DNA of 64,000 nt from positions 1-64,000 of IMG/VR virus record IMGVR_UViG_3300003962_000013. The stretch is one strand, 5' to 3'. The translations under genes and the position numbers were made by a program. Below are positions 30,525 through 39,525 of this stretch, in pieces. The stretch comes from a virus. Its lineage: Duplodnaviria; Caudoviricetes. The notes beneath the pieces were generated by a model. That model did no database searches, was not told where the DNA came from, and saw only the letters and a list, made by a program, of their open reading frames with translations. The first letter of the stretch is position 1. Each line of letters opens with the position of its first letter.

Positions 30525-31355
30525 TTAAGAGTTACCTTCATCTTCAAATAATGCTTCAAATTTATCTGCTGTTGATTTTTTTCTAACAGGAGATGCTTGA
30601 GTTGTAGTTGGTTTTTCATCATCCCAAGGAAGATCATCATTAGATGAAGTAGTTTCTTCAGCTTCTTCTTCAACTTCCTCTTCAGGATTTAAGAAATTTT
30701 GAAGGGTTTCTTTTAATTTATCAAAACTCATTTTATATGTGCTTTGAATTTCCAGAATATCTGGTTGTTCTTCAAGCCATAATTCTATTTCTTTTTTATC
30801 AGTACTTAATGGAGATGTTTTTGGTTTGATTCGAACTGATGATTTTAGACCTTTTCTTCCTCCGATATCTCCCATTACTGCTTCTAATGTGAAATCTCTT
30901 CCCTCACTAATATCAGTATAATCACCATAATCTTCATCATCTGCAATTCCTAATAATTGCATGTAGATTTCTTTACCAAATTCCCAAAGACGTACACCTT
31001 TATCTTCTTCTCCTCTAACAATTACTGGGGCGAATACACGCATTTTAGGGTCTAATTTATTAGCTAATTTCCAGCTTTCTTTGTCGTTTGATTTTCTTAA
31101 TTGTTTAGTAAATTCAACGATTGGATCTTTTTCTCCCCAATTTACAAGAGAATAGATAGGGAATTTAGATAACCCGTAATGTAAAAATACTTCTTTGAAG
31201 GGATTGTTTTTGTCTAGTTTTGAAGGAACAATTCTAATTTGATATTTACCTTCTTGTTTTGGTTTCCAAAGATACTTTGAATAATCAACCTTTTCTTTTT
31301 TTTGCCCTGTAGTTTGTAGAGCGTTCAGTTTTGATTTGATAGATTTTAAATCCAT
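30525..31355 (-). CDS. single-stranded DNA-binding protein (gp32-like)
   Basis: LWKP, IRIVP, LWEFGK, GRDF, acidic C-terminal tail. Confidence 0.88.
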   Translation of the reverse strand: MDLKSIKSKLNALQTTGQKKEKVDYSKYLWKPKQEGKYQIRIVPSKLDKNNPFKEVFLHYGLSKFPIYSLVNWGEKDPIVEFTKQLRKSNDKESWKLANKLDPKMRVFAPVIVRGEEDKGVRLWEFGKEIYMQLLGIADDEDYGDYTDISEGRDFTLEAVMGDIGGRKGLKSSVRIKPKTSPLSTDKKEIELWLEEQPDILEIQSTYKMSFDKLKETLQNFLNPEEEVEEEAEETTSSNDDLPWDDEKPTTTQASPVRKKSTADKFEALFEDEGNS

Positions 31356-31481
31356 AATTTATTGTTTTTTATTGGTTACTATTGAAAAATACTACTTTTT
31401 TAATATAGGCCAAATTTAGCTTTTAAAGCTCTTGAATGCCTCTTTTGTTGTAGTTATGCTATTAGTATATGTTATAAATAT

Positions 31482-31940
31482 TTAAAGATCTACAATCTTA
31501 TAAATTTTTGTGTTAAGTTGTTTTATATCTCCGTGTTGAGTTAATAAAATACAATTTTTATAATGTTGCCAATCTATTCTATATGATGAATCGACAATTC
31601 CATTATTTAATTTTCTTATTAAATCATTAAGTGCATTGATTGTATATAAAGTATTTGATTCTTTTTTACGATGAACTAAAATAGTATTAACAGGAATAAC
31701 ATCAACATTTCCTTGTTCAACATTATATGTTACAACATATTCGTTAGTACTTTTAACAAAAAGTACAAACATTTTTTTATACATTATATCATAAGTTGAA
31801 GATAAATTATTAATTAATTCATCCAGTGTTTCATGTTGAGTAAAAGTTGCAAATAATCTATTGTTCATACATTCATTTTCAGTTATAAAATCATACTGAT
31901 TATAAATATCAACTCTAGGTTCAAATTCGATTTGTTTCAT
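31482..31940 (-). CDS. hypothetical protein
   Basis: ORF, HRKKESNTLYTINALN. Confidence 0.7.
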   Translation of the reverse strand: MKQIEFEPRVDIYNQYDFITENECMNNRLFATFTQHETLDELINNLSSTYDIMYKKMFVLFVKSTNEYVVTYNVEQGNVDVIPVNTILVHRKKESNTLYTINALNDLIRKLNNGIVDSSYRIDWQHYKNCILLTQHGDIKQLNTKIYKIVDL

Positions 31941-31944
31941 ATAT

Positions 31945-33234
31945 TTAAATTGTATAAGGTAACATATTATTATAATTGTTACCCATAGTTATTTTAGTGT
32001 TTAATTTATACTTAGTGAATACTGAATTAATTTTGGGTAAAATTTGATCTTCTTCACTATAATCAATTAATATAGAATCATATGTGTATAAAACTATTTT
32101 TGATTGTTTTTTACTTAATAATTTAATTATATCCCATAATATGAGAGTATTTGTAGATGTCTCTAAATTTTGTAAATAATAATTAAATAATTTGGTTGGA
32201 TTAATATCTTTTAAATTTTTATCAAATTTGTGTCCTGAAATAGAACATGATATATATCCATTTGTATTAAATTCTTCCCATAATTTATTTATATATTGTT
32301 GAATTAATTTAAAGAATTCTATATGTTGATATTCTTTATATATTCCACCATATAATTGTTTGAACATTAATATTTTAGCTTCTTCAGTACTAATATTTGC
32401 TTCTTTAGCAAAATAACTGTATGGAGTTTCATCATTAAAATCATACCCTATTAATTGTGAAGCCAATACAGGATGATATGAATTAATATCTATTTCTATT
32501 AAATAATCATTCTCAGGAATAAATGCTTCTCTACATCCATTATCTTTTACAAGTGCTGCAAAATTAATCCCATTAAAACTATTAGAAGGCCGTCCGGTTG
32601 TAGTATGTAAGTTATACTTGGAATATATTTTGTTATCAAATATAGAATATAATTCATTTTGAGGGGTAAAATATTGGTTAAAAATAGTTTTATCAATTTT
32701 AATACCATTTTTTTCTATGGCAAAGAATATACTGGATAATTTAATATGGAATTTTGAATTATCAAGTTTAAGGCAATAAGGTTTTATTTTTTCAAAAATT
32801 AATTCACATTTTTCATAATGTTTAACTAGAGGTATAATAGTATTAATATTAGATAAATTATCAAATTTTTGGTAAAAAAAGTTATAAACATTCAATTCAG
32901 GTTCATCAATTTTAGGTGAACCAAATGATATATCTATTGTATTTTTAATAGGAAAATCATATATAAATGATTTTCTGTCCCTTACATAAATTTCCTCGAA
33001 TGAAAGAAGAAAATCGGTTATATCAATTTTATTAATTGAAAGAGCTTCAGTATGATTAATACATAATATATATCCTTTATCATTATTTAGTGGTTTCAAA
33101 TAAAGAAGAGATACATCATTAAGGGCAGGGTGTACATTATCATTAAAATATATTGGTTCTACAAATACTTTTTTATAGTTTTTACCCAATAATAAATTTA
33201 ATTGATCATATGTTTCAACAATAAAAAATAACAT
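31945..33234 (-). CDS. compact family A DNA polymerase-like protein
   Basis: TTGRPS, EIDINSYHP (motif A), KILMFKQLYG (motif B), YTYDSILI (motif C variant). Confidence 0.8.
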   Translation of the reverse strand: MLFFIVETYDQLNLLLGKNYKKVFVEPIYFNDNVHPALNDVSLLYLKPLNNDKGYILCINHTEALSINKIDITDFLLSFEEIYVRDRKSFIYDFPIKNTIDISFGSPKIDEPELNVYNFFYQKFDNLSNINTIIPLVKHYEKCELIFEKIKPYCLKLDNSKFHIKLSSIFFAIEKNGIKIDKTIFNQYFTPQNELYSIFDNKIYSKYNLHTTTGRPSNSFNGINFAALVKDNGCREAFIPENDYLIEIDINSYHPVLASQLIGYDFNDETPYSYFAKEANISTEEAKILMFKQLYGGIYKEYQHIEFFKLIQQYINKLWEEFNTNGYISCSISGHKFDKNLKDINPTKLFNYYLQNLETSTNTLILWDIIKLLSKKQSKIVLYTYDSILIDYSEEDQILPKINSVFTKYKLNTKITMGNNYNNMLPYTI

Positions 33235-33292
33235 AACCTTTTTAATTTAAATTAATATAATAATAAATTTTTAAATTCTCAATCTTAAATTC

Positions 33293-33366
33293 AAAAAAGA
33301 AAACACCCAGATAGCGAGTCTTGAGTGTTTTCAGATAGCCGAAGCTATAACGGTCCTAATCCGTAT
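33293..33366 (-). ncRNA. compact three-hairpin structured element ending in an intrinsic terminator
   Basis: ACGG/CCGT hairpin, AUAGC-UUCG-GCUAU hairpin, GAAAACAC..GUGUUUUC-U6. Confidence 0.5.
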
Positions 33367-33370
33367 GTCT

Positions 33371-33976
33371 TTATTTATAGTATTTTACAAAATCATTTTT
33401 TAAATATTCTACTAACATTGGGAAATTACCTTGAGTAGATACTAATTGAGTAATATTTTTGTTAGTTTTATATACTTGTTCTTTATCTCCTGTTAATTGC
33501 CAAGGTATATTAAAAGGTCTATATAATTGGTAAAGTATAGTAGAATCTTTTGCTACTAATTTATCATAGGTTTCTTTATTTATTTCAATATATATAATTT
33601 CATTAGATTTTTTACAAAAATATCTTCTGTATTCTCCATTTGTGTAATCTTGTTCTGTTGGGATATTTGGAGAATATAAAGGTAAATATGTAACTTTAAG
33701 TGAATCTATATTTTTAATTTCATCATATTTACTGAAATAATTAACTTTATTAACTGGAGAAGGATTGTTAGGGTTATTAAAAGTATCATTTATAGGATCT
33801 TTAAATTCTACAATTTCTTGAGTAGGTGTATCTTGGGGAGTTTTACCAGTAAAAAATTGTCCTTTGGAAGTTTTCCAATAATATCCTTTATATGGGTTAA
33901 AAGTATTTAAATATACAAATGTTTCACCATTAGTATATAAATTAGTTGTTATCTGGGATAAAGGATAATACGCCAT
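33371..33976 (-). CDS. putative baseplate-region protein (likely start ATG 33976)
   Basis: MAYYPLSQ...; end of the tail/baseplate operon. Confidence 0.6.
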   Translation of the reverse strand: MAYYPLSQITTNLYTNGETFVYLNTFNPYKGYYWKTSKGQFFTGKTPQDTPTQEIVEFKDPINDTFNNPNNPSPVNKVNYFSKYDEIKNIDSLKVTYLPLYSPNIPTEQDYTNGEYRRYFCKKSNEIIYIEINKETYDKLVAKDSTILYQLYRPFNIPWQLTGDKEQVYKTNKNITQLVSTQGNFPMLVEYLKNDFVKYYK

Positions 33977-33987
33977 ATTAATAAATA

Positions 33988-36900
33988 TTAGATAGACCCC
34001 CAATATTCCCAATGCCAACATTCATCAACACCATTTCCATCAGATAATCTATATGGATTATACCATCCAAATTTTGGACCATTTTCACTCATCCATTTAT
34101 ACAGTGGATTATTTTGTCTTACTAATGAATTAACATATGGTGCACCAGATCCTCCAACTGCTTGATATAATTCAGATACATCAAATGCCCCCGCCCATCC
34201 ATGTGGAGATGAACCAGGAGATGATACTGTATTACCTGATCCTAGATTTGATTGGTGTTGTCTACTTCTATATGCTGAACCTAATGTCCAATTAAATCCT
34301 GCTGCTTTAGCGGAATTGTAAAAAGATATATATGATTTGGCTGCTATTGGGTGTAATCTCCAATACCCATCAGGGTAATATATTTTATTAGCTGATGGAG
34401 GGAGGAAAGTTAATTTTTGTAACACAGATGAATCATTAATATTTAATAATCCGTTTTGTTTTCCTAAGGATTTAATATATTTAGCTAAATCAGAATTATC
34501 ATATGGTAATGCTCCTACTTTGTTATTAGAAGGAATAATAATAGGTTGAGATGTTACATCACTATTTTGACCGGTTGAAGTTAAATTTGGAGAGGTATTT
34601 TCATCTAATACTCCTGAAGCTATACAATATGATTCTAACTTAGTATACCATTTATTATTAGATACTTCATGAGAGATATTTTTAATTAAAAATTTAACTA
34701 CATTAGGATAATTCGATGGTAAATAAGAAGTATCAATAGTAAATTGCTGATTAATTTTCATTCCTGAGATACCATCCATTGTTAAAGATAAATTAAAGGG
34801 GATAAATCCTGTACTTGGGGATGCAGTGTTTGATTGTTGAGGATTATTTAAATTATTTATTCGTTCTTTAACTTTAACTATTTGTTGTTTTAATTGAATA
34901 ATGTTTGTTAATGTATCTTTATAAGTATCTATTTCTTCAACATTAAGTTCTTGGAGAGTATCATAATTTGAAGATTTTGTAGGACTTAATGTTTTTAAAA
35001 AGGTAGTATATTCAAAATAAATTTTACCTAACTTATTAGATAATTCTTCATATTCCTTAGAAGAAGAAATAGAAGTTGATATATTAGATATATTATTTGA
35101 TTCTGAGAAACTACCGTTGGTTACTGTGTTTTTATATCTATCTTCTAATCCTTTATTTAATTTAGATAATGCTGTGTCATTTTCTCCTACAACAGTCCCA
35201 TTTGCTGCAGCTCCAACTGTTATTATTGTAGAAAATTCTGGGGTTAATTCTGTTGTGAATGAAAAATCTTTTATAAATCCAGCGGTTCCATTATTTCCAT
35301 TATATCCATATAATTCAAAATATGCTGGTTCTGTTGATAAGCTACTATTTTCTATTGATTTATATTGGATTCCTTTATCTTTATAATAATTAATTACCTT
35401 ATCCAAATTAGGAAGAGGATTTTTATCTATTATTTTAACAGTATTAGTAGTTTCATCTATAAACACATCTAAATCATTTATTCCCCCCAATGCTGTGTTT
35501 ACACCTTGTAATATTCCTTGTAAAAAATCAATTAATGAAACTTTATTTTTATCATCTTTTAATTCATCTATTTTATTTAAGATAAAAGTGAAATTAAGAT
35601 ATATATTCATTATATCTCCATAATCTGTATTTGGAATAGATGATTTTATATCTTGAAATATAAATGGTTCACATCCAGGTGCATATACAAAATTAGCATT
35701 ATCAATTTTAGATTCAATTGAAAATAAATTATATGTAGTAGACGAGTCTAACATTTGTAATGTTTTATTAACAACACATATCCTTGGATCTACACTGATT
35801 TGAAGAGGATCTACATACATAAGATTAGTTCCTGATTCAAAATCAAATTTTAATCCGGGGATGAAGTTATTGTTATCATTAGATACTTGAATCATTATTA
35901 CATTTTGAATAAATTGTAAAAGTGTTCCTAGTCTTACATAATACTGCCATTCATCTTTATAATTATCCCATTTGATGGAAACAGCATCTCTATGTCCTTT
36001 ATCAAATAATGTGGAAGATATCTTAAGATTTTGGTTATTATATTCTTCTATAAATTTATTCTGGTTTTTTTGGATTTGAGAATTTATTATAGGAATAGAT
36101 GTATAATAAGAATTTGCTTTTTCTGGGACTGTTACTTTAAATCTAACTCCTGCAGATAAATTTTCTGGTAATGGTGATAACAAATTTGATATATCAAAAG
36201 CGACATCTGGAATCCATGAAGATTTTGGGTTTGTTTCTTCTTTAACATCAGCTAATTGAAATTTTAAGAAATAGAGAAAACTTCCTATAGTGTGTTTAGA
36301 AGCATATAAATCTATTAAATCTACAGTTGATAATTCTTCTGTTGATGCTGATTTTTCTTGCTCATCTTTAATAGAAATAAAAGTTCCATCTGTTTCTAGT
36401 AAAGTATTTATTTTTAAACTTTCAATAATATCTCCAATACTAGATAAACTAATAGTTATATCATAGCTTCCATCAGGTATAAATGACCAATGAAAATTAG
36501 TAACTTTAGCAAACATCGCATCATAGTTACCATTTGTTAATAATCTTTGGTCATGGATTTGTTTTAATAAAACATCATAATTACCAGCTCCATTTAAAAA
36601 AACATTATCTAAACTATTATTTGAATTTTTTTGTAAAATTCCTTTATTATCAAAATACATTGTATTTCCCCATTCTAATAGAACTGAGAATCCTAAACGT
36701 AAATAAAGTATATCGATTATTTCAAATTGGGTTTTATTAAATGCTTTTAGTTTAACTTCTGCTCTTCTTAATGAACCTCTATTTTCATGGCTAACAGATA
36801 TAGATTGAATACCCATCATTGGGCGTAAACCAAATTCTGTACCTCCAATACCATAAGCTGAATCTCCTCCTGATAATAAATTTGACTCAGTTATTCCACT

Positions 36901-37206
36901 TCTAGAAAACATGTTTCCACCATTATATTCACTGGTTCCATTAAATAAAACATATTTCTGAGCTAATCCATTTCCAACTAAACCATTTTCAAGGGTGAGT
37001 TGTTTTACATTTTGACTATTTATTAGTTTAGGGTCTCTTATAAAAACAGATGACATTAATTTACACCAAGATGTATTTGCATTTAAAAATGATATTTCAT
37101 CAGGTGTTCTGGAAGTACCTTTAGCATATCCTGATCCGTAAGCTTTTTGTCTTACTGAGATTTGATCTGTAATTTCTTTAGGGAATCCTTCTCCAAAAAT
37201 ATTCAT
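33988..37206 (-). CDS. baseplate hub/tail-associated protein with C-terminal M15 (VanY-like) peptidoglycan peptidase
   Basis: SAYRS..Q, SPHGWAGAFD, ECWHWEY. Confidence 0.8.
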   Translation of the reverse strand: MNIFGEGFPKEITDQISVRQKAYGSGYAKGTSRTPDEISFLNANTSWCKLMSSVFIRDPKLINSQNVKQLTLENGLVGNGLAQKYVLFNGTSEYNGGNMFSRSGITESNLLSGGDSAYGIGGTEFGLRPMMGIQSISVSHENRGSLRRAEVKLKAFNKTQFEIIDILYLRLGFSVLLEWGNTMYFDNKGILQKNSNNSLDNVFLNGAGNYDVLLKQIHDQRLLTNGNYDAMFAKVTNFHWSFIPDGSYDITISLSSIGDIIESLKINTLLETDGTFISIKDEQEKSASTEELSTVDLIDLYASKHTIGSFLYFLKFQLADVKEETNPKSSWIPDVAFDISNLLSPLPENLSAGVRFKVTVPEKANSYYTSIPIINSQIQKNQNKFIEEYNNQNLKISSTLFDKGHRDAVSIKWDNYKDEWQYYVRLGTLLQFIQNVIMIQVSNDNNNFIPGLKFDFESGTNLMYVDPLQISVDPRICVVNKTLQMLDSSTTYNLFSIESKIDNANFVYAPGCEPFIFQDIKSSIPNTDYGDIMNIYLNFTFILNKIDELKDDKNKVSLIDFLQGILQGVNTALGGINDLDVFIDETTNTVKIIDKNPLPNLDKVINYYKDKGIQYKSIENSSLSTEPAYFELYGYNGNNGTAGFIKDFSFTTELTPEFSTIITVGAAANGTVVGENDTALSKLNKGLEDRYKNTVTNGSFSESNNISNISTSISSSKEYEELSNKLGKIYFEYTTFLKTLSPTKSSNYDTLQELNVEEIDTYKDTLTNIIQLKQQIVKVKERINNLNNPQQSNTASPSTGFIPFNLSLTMDGISGMKINQQFTIDTSYLPSNYPNVVKFLIKNISHEVSNNKWYTKLESYCIASGVLDENTSPNLTSTGQNSDVTSQPIIIPSNNKVGALPYDNSDLAKYIKSLGKQNGLLNINDSSVLQKLTFLPPSANKIYYPDGYWRLHPIAAKSYISFYNSAKAAGFNWTLGSAYRSRQHQSNLGSGNTVSSPGSSPHGWAGAFDVSELYQAVGGSGAPYVNSLVRQNNPLYKWMSENGPKFGWYNPYRLSDGNGVDECWHWEYWGSI

Positions 37207-37533
37207 CTATAAATTATTTAAATTTTTAAAACTATTTAAAACACTAACATAATTTGCAGGAATACGGATTTGAATTCCTTCAGGTATTATTAATGAATCT
37301 TGTGATAAATCAGAGGGTAATGATGTTCCAGCTGTAGCTGTGTTAGCAATAGATATTATCCACCAAAGTGATTGGTCACCATAGTATTGATTTGCTAATA
37401 TATCAAATCTATCTCCTTGAGTAGCATAAACATAAATATCTTCATCCGAAAGGGGAATTTCAGGATATTTAGTTGTTTGATATGCTAATTTATTATCAAT
37501 TTTTATATTAGGTATGGATTGATATCTATTCAT
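37207..37533 (-). CDS. LysM-type baseplate wedge protein (gp53-like)
   Basis: GDRFDILANQYYGDQSLWWIISIAN. Confidence 0.85.
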   Translation of the reverse strand: MNRYQSIPNIKIDNKLAYQTTKYPEIPLSDEDIYVYATQGDRFDILANQYYGDQSLWWIISIANTATAGTSLPSDLSQDSLIIPEGIQIRIPANYVSVLNSFKNLNNL

Positions 37534-37535
37534 TT

Positions 37536-39218
37536 TTAAGAATCATAGTTATTAGAGTTTATTCCTTTTCCATTGGATAAAGCTATATAACGCTCAGGAC
37601 CATAATTTGTTAAGATTCCATTTTTATCAAAAATATTTTGTTGAGATCTTGGAACAAAATTGTGAATTGGGATGAAATTAAATCCAGTTACTTTAATCAA
37701 ATGAGGAAGTTCCTTAACAGATTCATCGTAATTCCCTTCATCATTTATTCCTATTTCCCATGTTGCGTTATCATCATTCATTTCATAATTAAACCCAGTT
37801 ATAATACCCGGTTGTTCATAAAGATACCCACCAATGGTTAAAGTAATTATATTTCCTCTCATATAACCACTATTACTATAATCTGGAGCACAAACTGAAG
37901 CTAAATAGTTTAATTTTTTATACATTGGAATTAATTCTATCTTTGATTGAGCTGCTACAGTCCAAGATAATGAAATTTTTCTATCAAAACCAGCATAAGT
38001 ATAAAATTTTTCTCCTCTTCCTATATATTGAGTTGAATTCCAATCAGATGAATACCCATCAGATATATTGTTAAGGAAAGCTCTAAAATGAATATAATTT
38101 TTAGGTATATTTTCATTTCCTGTCAAATCATAAACTCCTATTCTAAATTTTATTAGGTCATTTACGGGTTTATCAGTAGTTATAGCAGCTGTTTCACTTT
38201 GGTAAATAGGTAATACATTTATTTTATCATACGAATTTTCACTTGCTGCTCCTTTAAAACTTCCACTAGTATATGATGATATGTTTTTACCAAAATCATT
38301 TCCTGGGTCTCCTAAATTTACTCTTTGTTCTATATTTTTTTTAGTATAATTAGGGGCAGCCGTTATTAATTCATTTCTTTTTCTCAATAATGATCTAAAA
38401 TCTCCTGGAGTTGTTGTGGCTCCATATTTACCATTTTGAATTAAAAATGATTCACCATCTGATTGTGGAGTTGTGGAAATAGTAGATAATTCATTTTGAG
38501 TATATGTAGTGGTTCTATTACTATTAGGAAATACCCCAGCAACAGTTGCATTAGATATAATTCTTTGATCTGCAAATCTTATATTTGTGTTTCCTATACC
38601 TAATAATGAGTTGGGACCTCCAATATATGTTAAAATATTAGTAGATAAAGGTGAAATGCCTGTTGTTATAGGATTGTATGATAATTCATCTGTTATTTTC
38701 GATCTAGTTAATCTAACTAATCTATTAGTAGATGTTTCTTCAATTAGTAAATCTGATGGGATTGAGCTTCCTACTTTTACAATATCAGAATATGTTCTAA
38801 TAGAACCTGGTGTGTCAGGAATTGGATTAAAACCTTGTTTATTAAAATGTAATCCAAAAGCACTAACACTCGCTTGAGCTAATGTAGATAATGGGGTATA
38901 TATACCTTCGTTTAATATTCCAGTACTAGATTGAGTACGAACAGCAGTTCTTGATAATAAGTTTTGTTTGGCTACAAATAATAAACCACTAGGACTTTTT
39001 AAATCATTGAAATATTTAGTTAATCTTAATACATCTTCTGTAGTATTCTTAACAGAATATAATCCACCTCTAAGAATAAAATCTTGATTTGGAATTAAAG
39101 AAGTATCCCCATCTGGAATTGGTGATATGATATATGGTTGGTTACTACTTCCTCCATGTATTCTATCATTACCAAATTTAAGAGATTTAAGATTGGTTTG
39201 TAGGTTTATTAATCCCAT
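37536..39218 (-). CDS. baseplate/tail-tube initiator protein
   Basis: FRAFL, W....YIGRGE, TLTIG C-terminal domain; position. Confidence 0.65.
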   Translation of the reverse strand: MGLINLQTNLKSLKFGNDRIHGGSSNQPYIISPIPDGDTSLIPNQDFILRGGLYSVKNTTEDVLRLTKYFNDLKSPSGLLFVAKQNLLSRTAVRTQSSTGILNEGIYTPLSTLAQASVSAFGLHFNKQGFNPIPDTPGSIRTYSDIVKVGSSIPSDLLIEETSTNRLVRLTRSKITDELSYNPITTGISPLSTNILTYIGGPNSLLGIGNTNIRFADQRIISNATVAGVFPNSNRTTTYTQNELSTISTTPQSDGESFLIQNGKYGATTTPGDFRSLLRKRNELITAAPNYTKKNIEQRVNLGDPGNDFGKNISSYTSGSFKGAASENSYDKINVLPIYQSETAAITTDKPVNDLIKFRIGVYDLTGNENIPKNYIHFRAFLNNISDGYSSDWNSTQYIGRGEKFYTYAGFDRKISLSWTVAAQSKIELIPMYKKLNYLASVCAPDYSNSGYMRGNIITLTIGGYLYEQPGIITGFNYEMNDDNATWEIGINDEGNYDESVKELPHLIKVTGFNFIPIHNFVPRSQQNIFDKNGILTNYGPERYIALSNGKGINSNNYDS

Positions 39219-39221
39219 CTA

Positions 39222-39497
39222 TTATTGGGGTAGATTATTAATATATTGTGTTGGAGTTGCTCCGTTTAAATCTAATTGAGATGGTTGAGGTAATACATTA
39301 TTAACTCCATCATTGTATTGTTGGAAAGCAGTATTTACATCTGTAAAATTTGATCCATTGATGGAATAACCTGGTTGATTACCATCAGTATGTAATTTTG
39401 ATAATTGAGTTGCTCCAGGATTTACTGATGGAGTTGAACCATTACCATATGAAAGTGGTGATCCACCTTGAGTTGTTAATTTGTCTAAAAGTCCCAT
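39222..39497 (-). CDS. hypothetical structural protein
   Basis: ORF with promoter motif at 39511. Confidence 0.65.
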   Translation of the reverse strand: MGLLDKLTTQGGSPLSYGNGSTPSVNPGATQLSKLHTDGNQPGYSINGSNFTDVNTAFQQYNDGVNNVLPQPSQLDLNGATPTQYINNLPQ

Positions 39498-39525
39498 GTT
39501 ATTTTTTATTTATAAATATTATTAA

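Noticed and set aside
33345-33359. rRNA gene or fragment
   Set aside because: Only 15 nt match and the flanks are not rRNA; kept only as a motif finding
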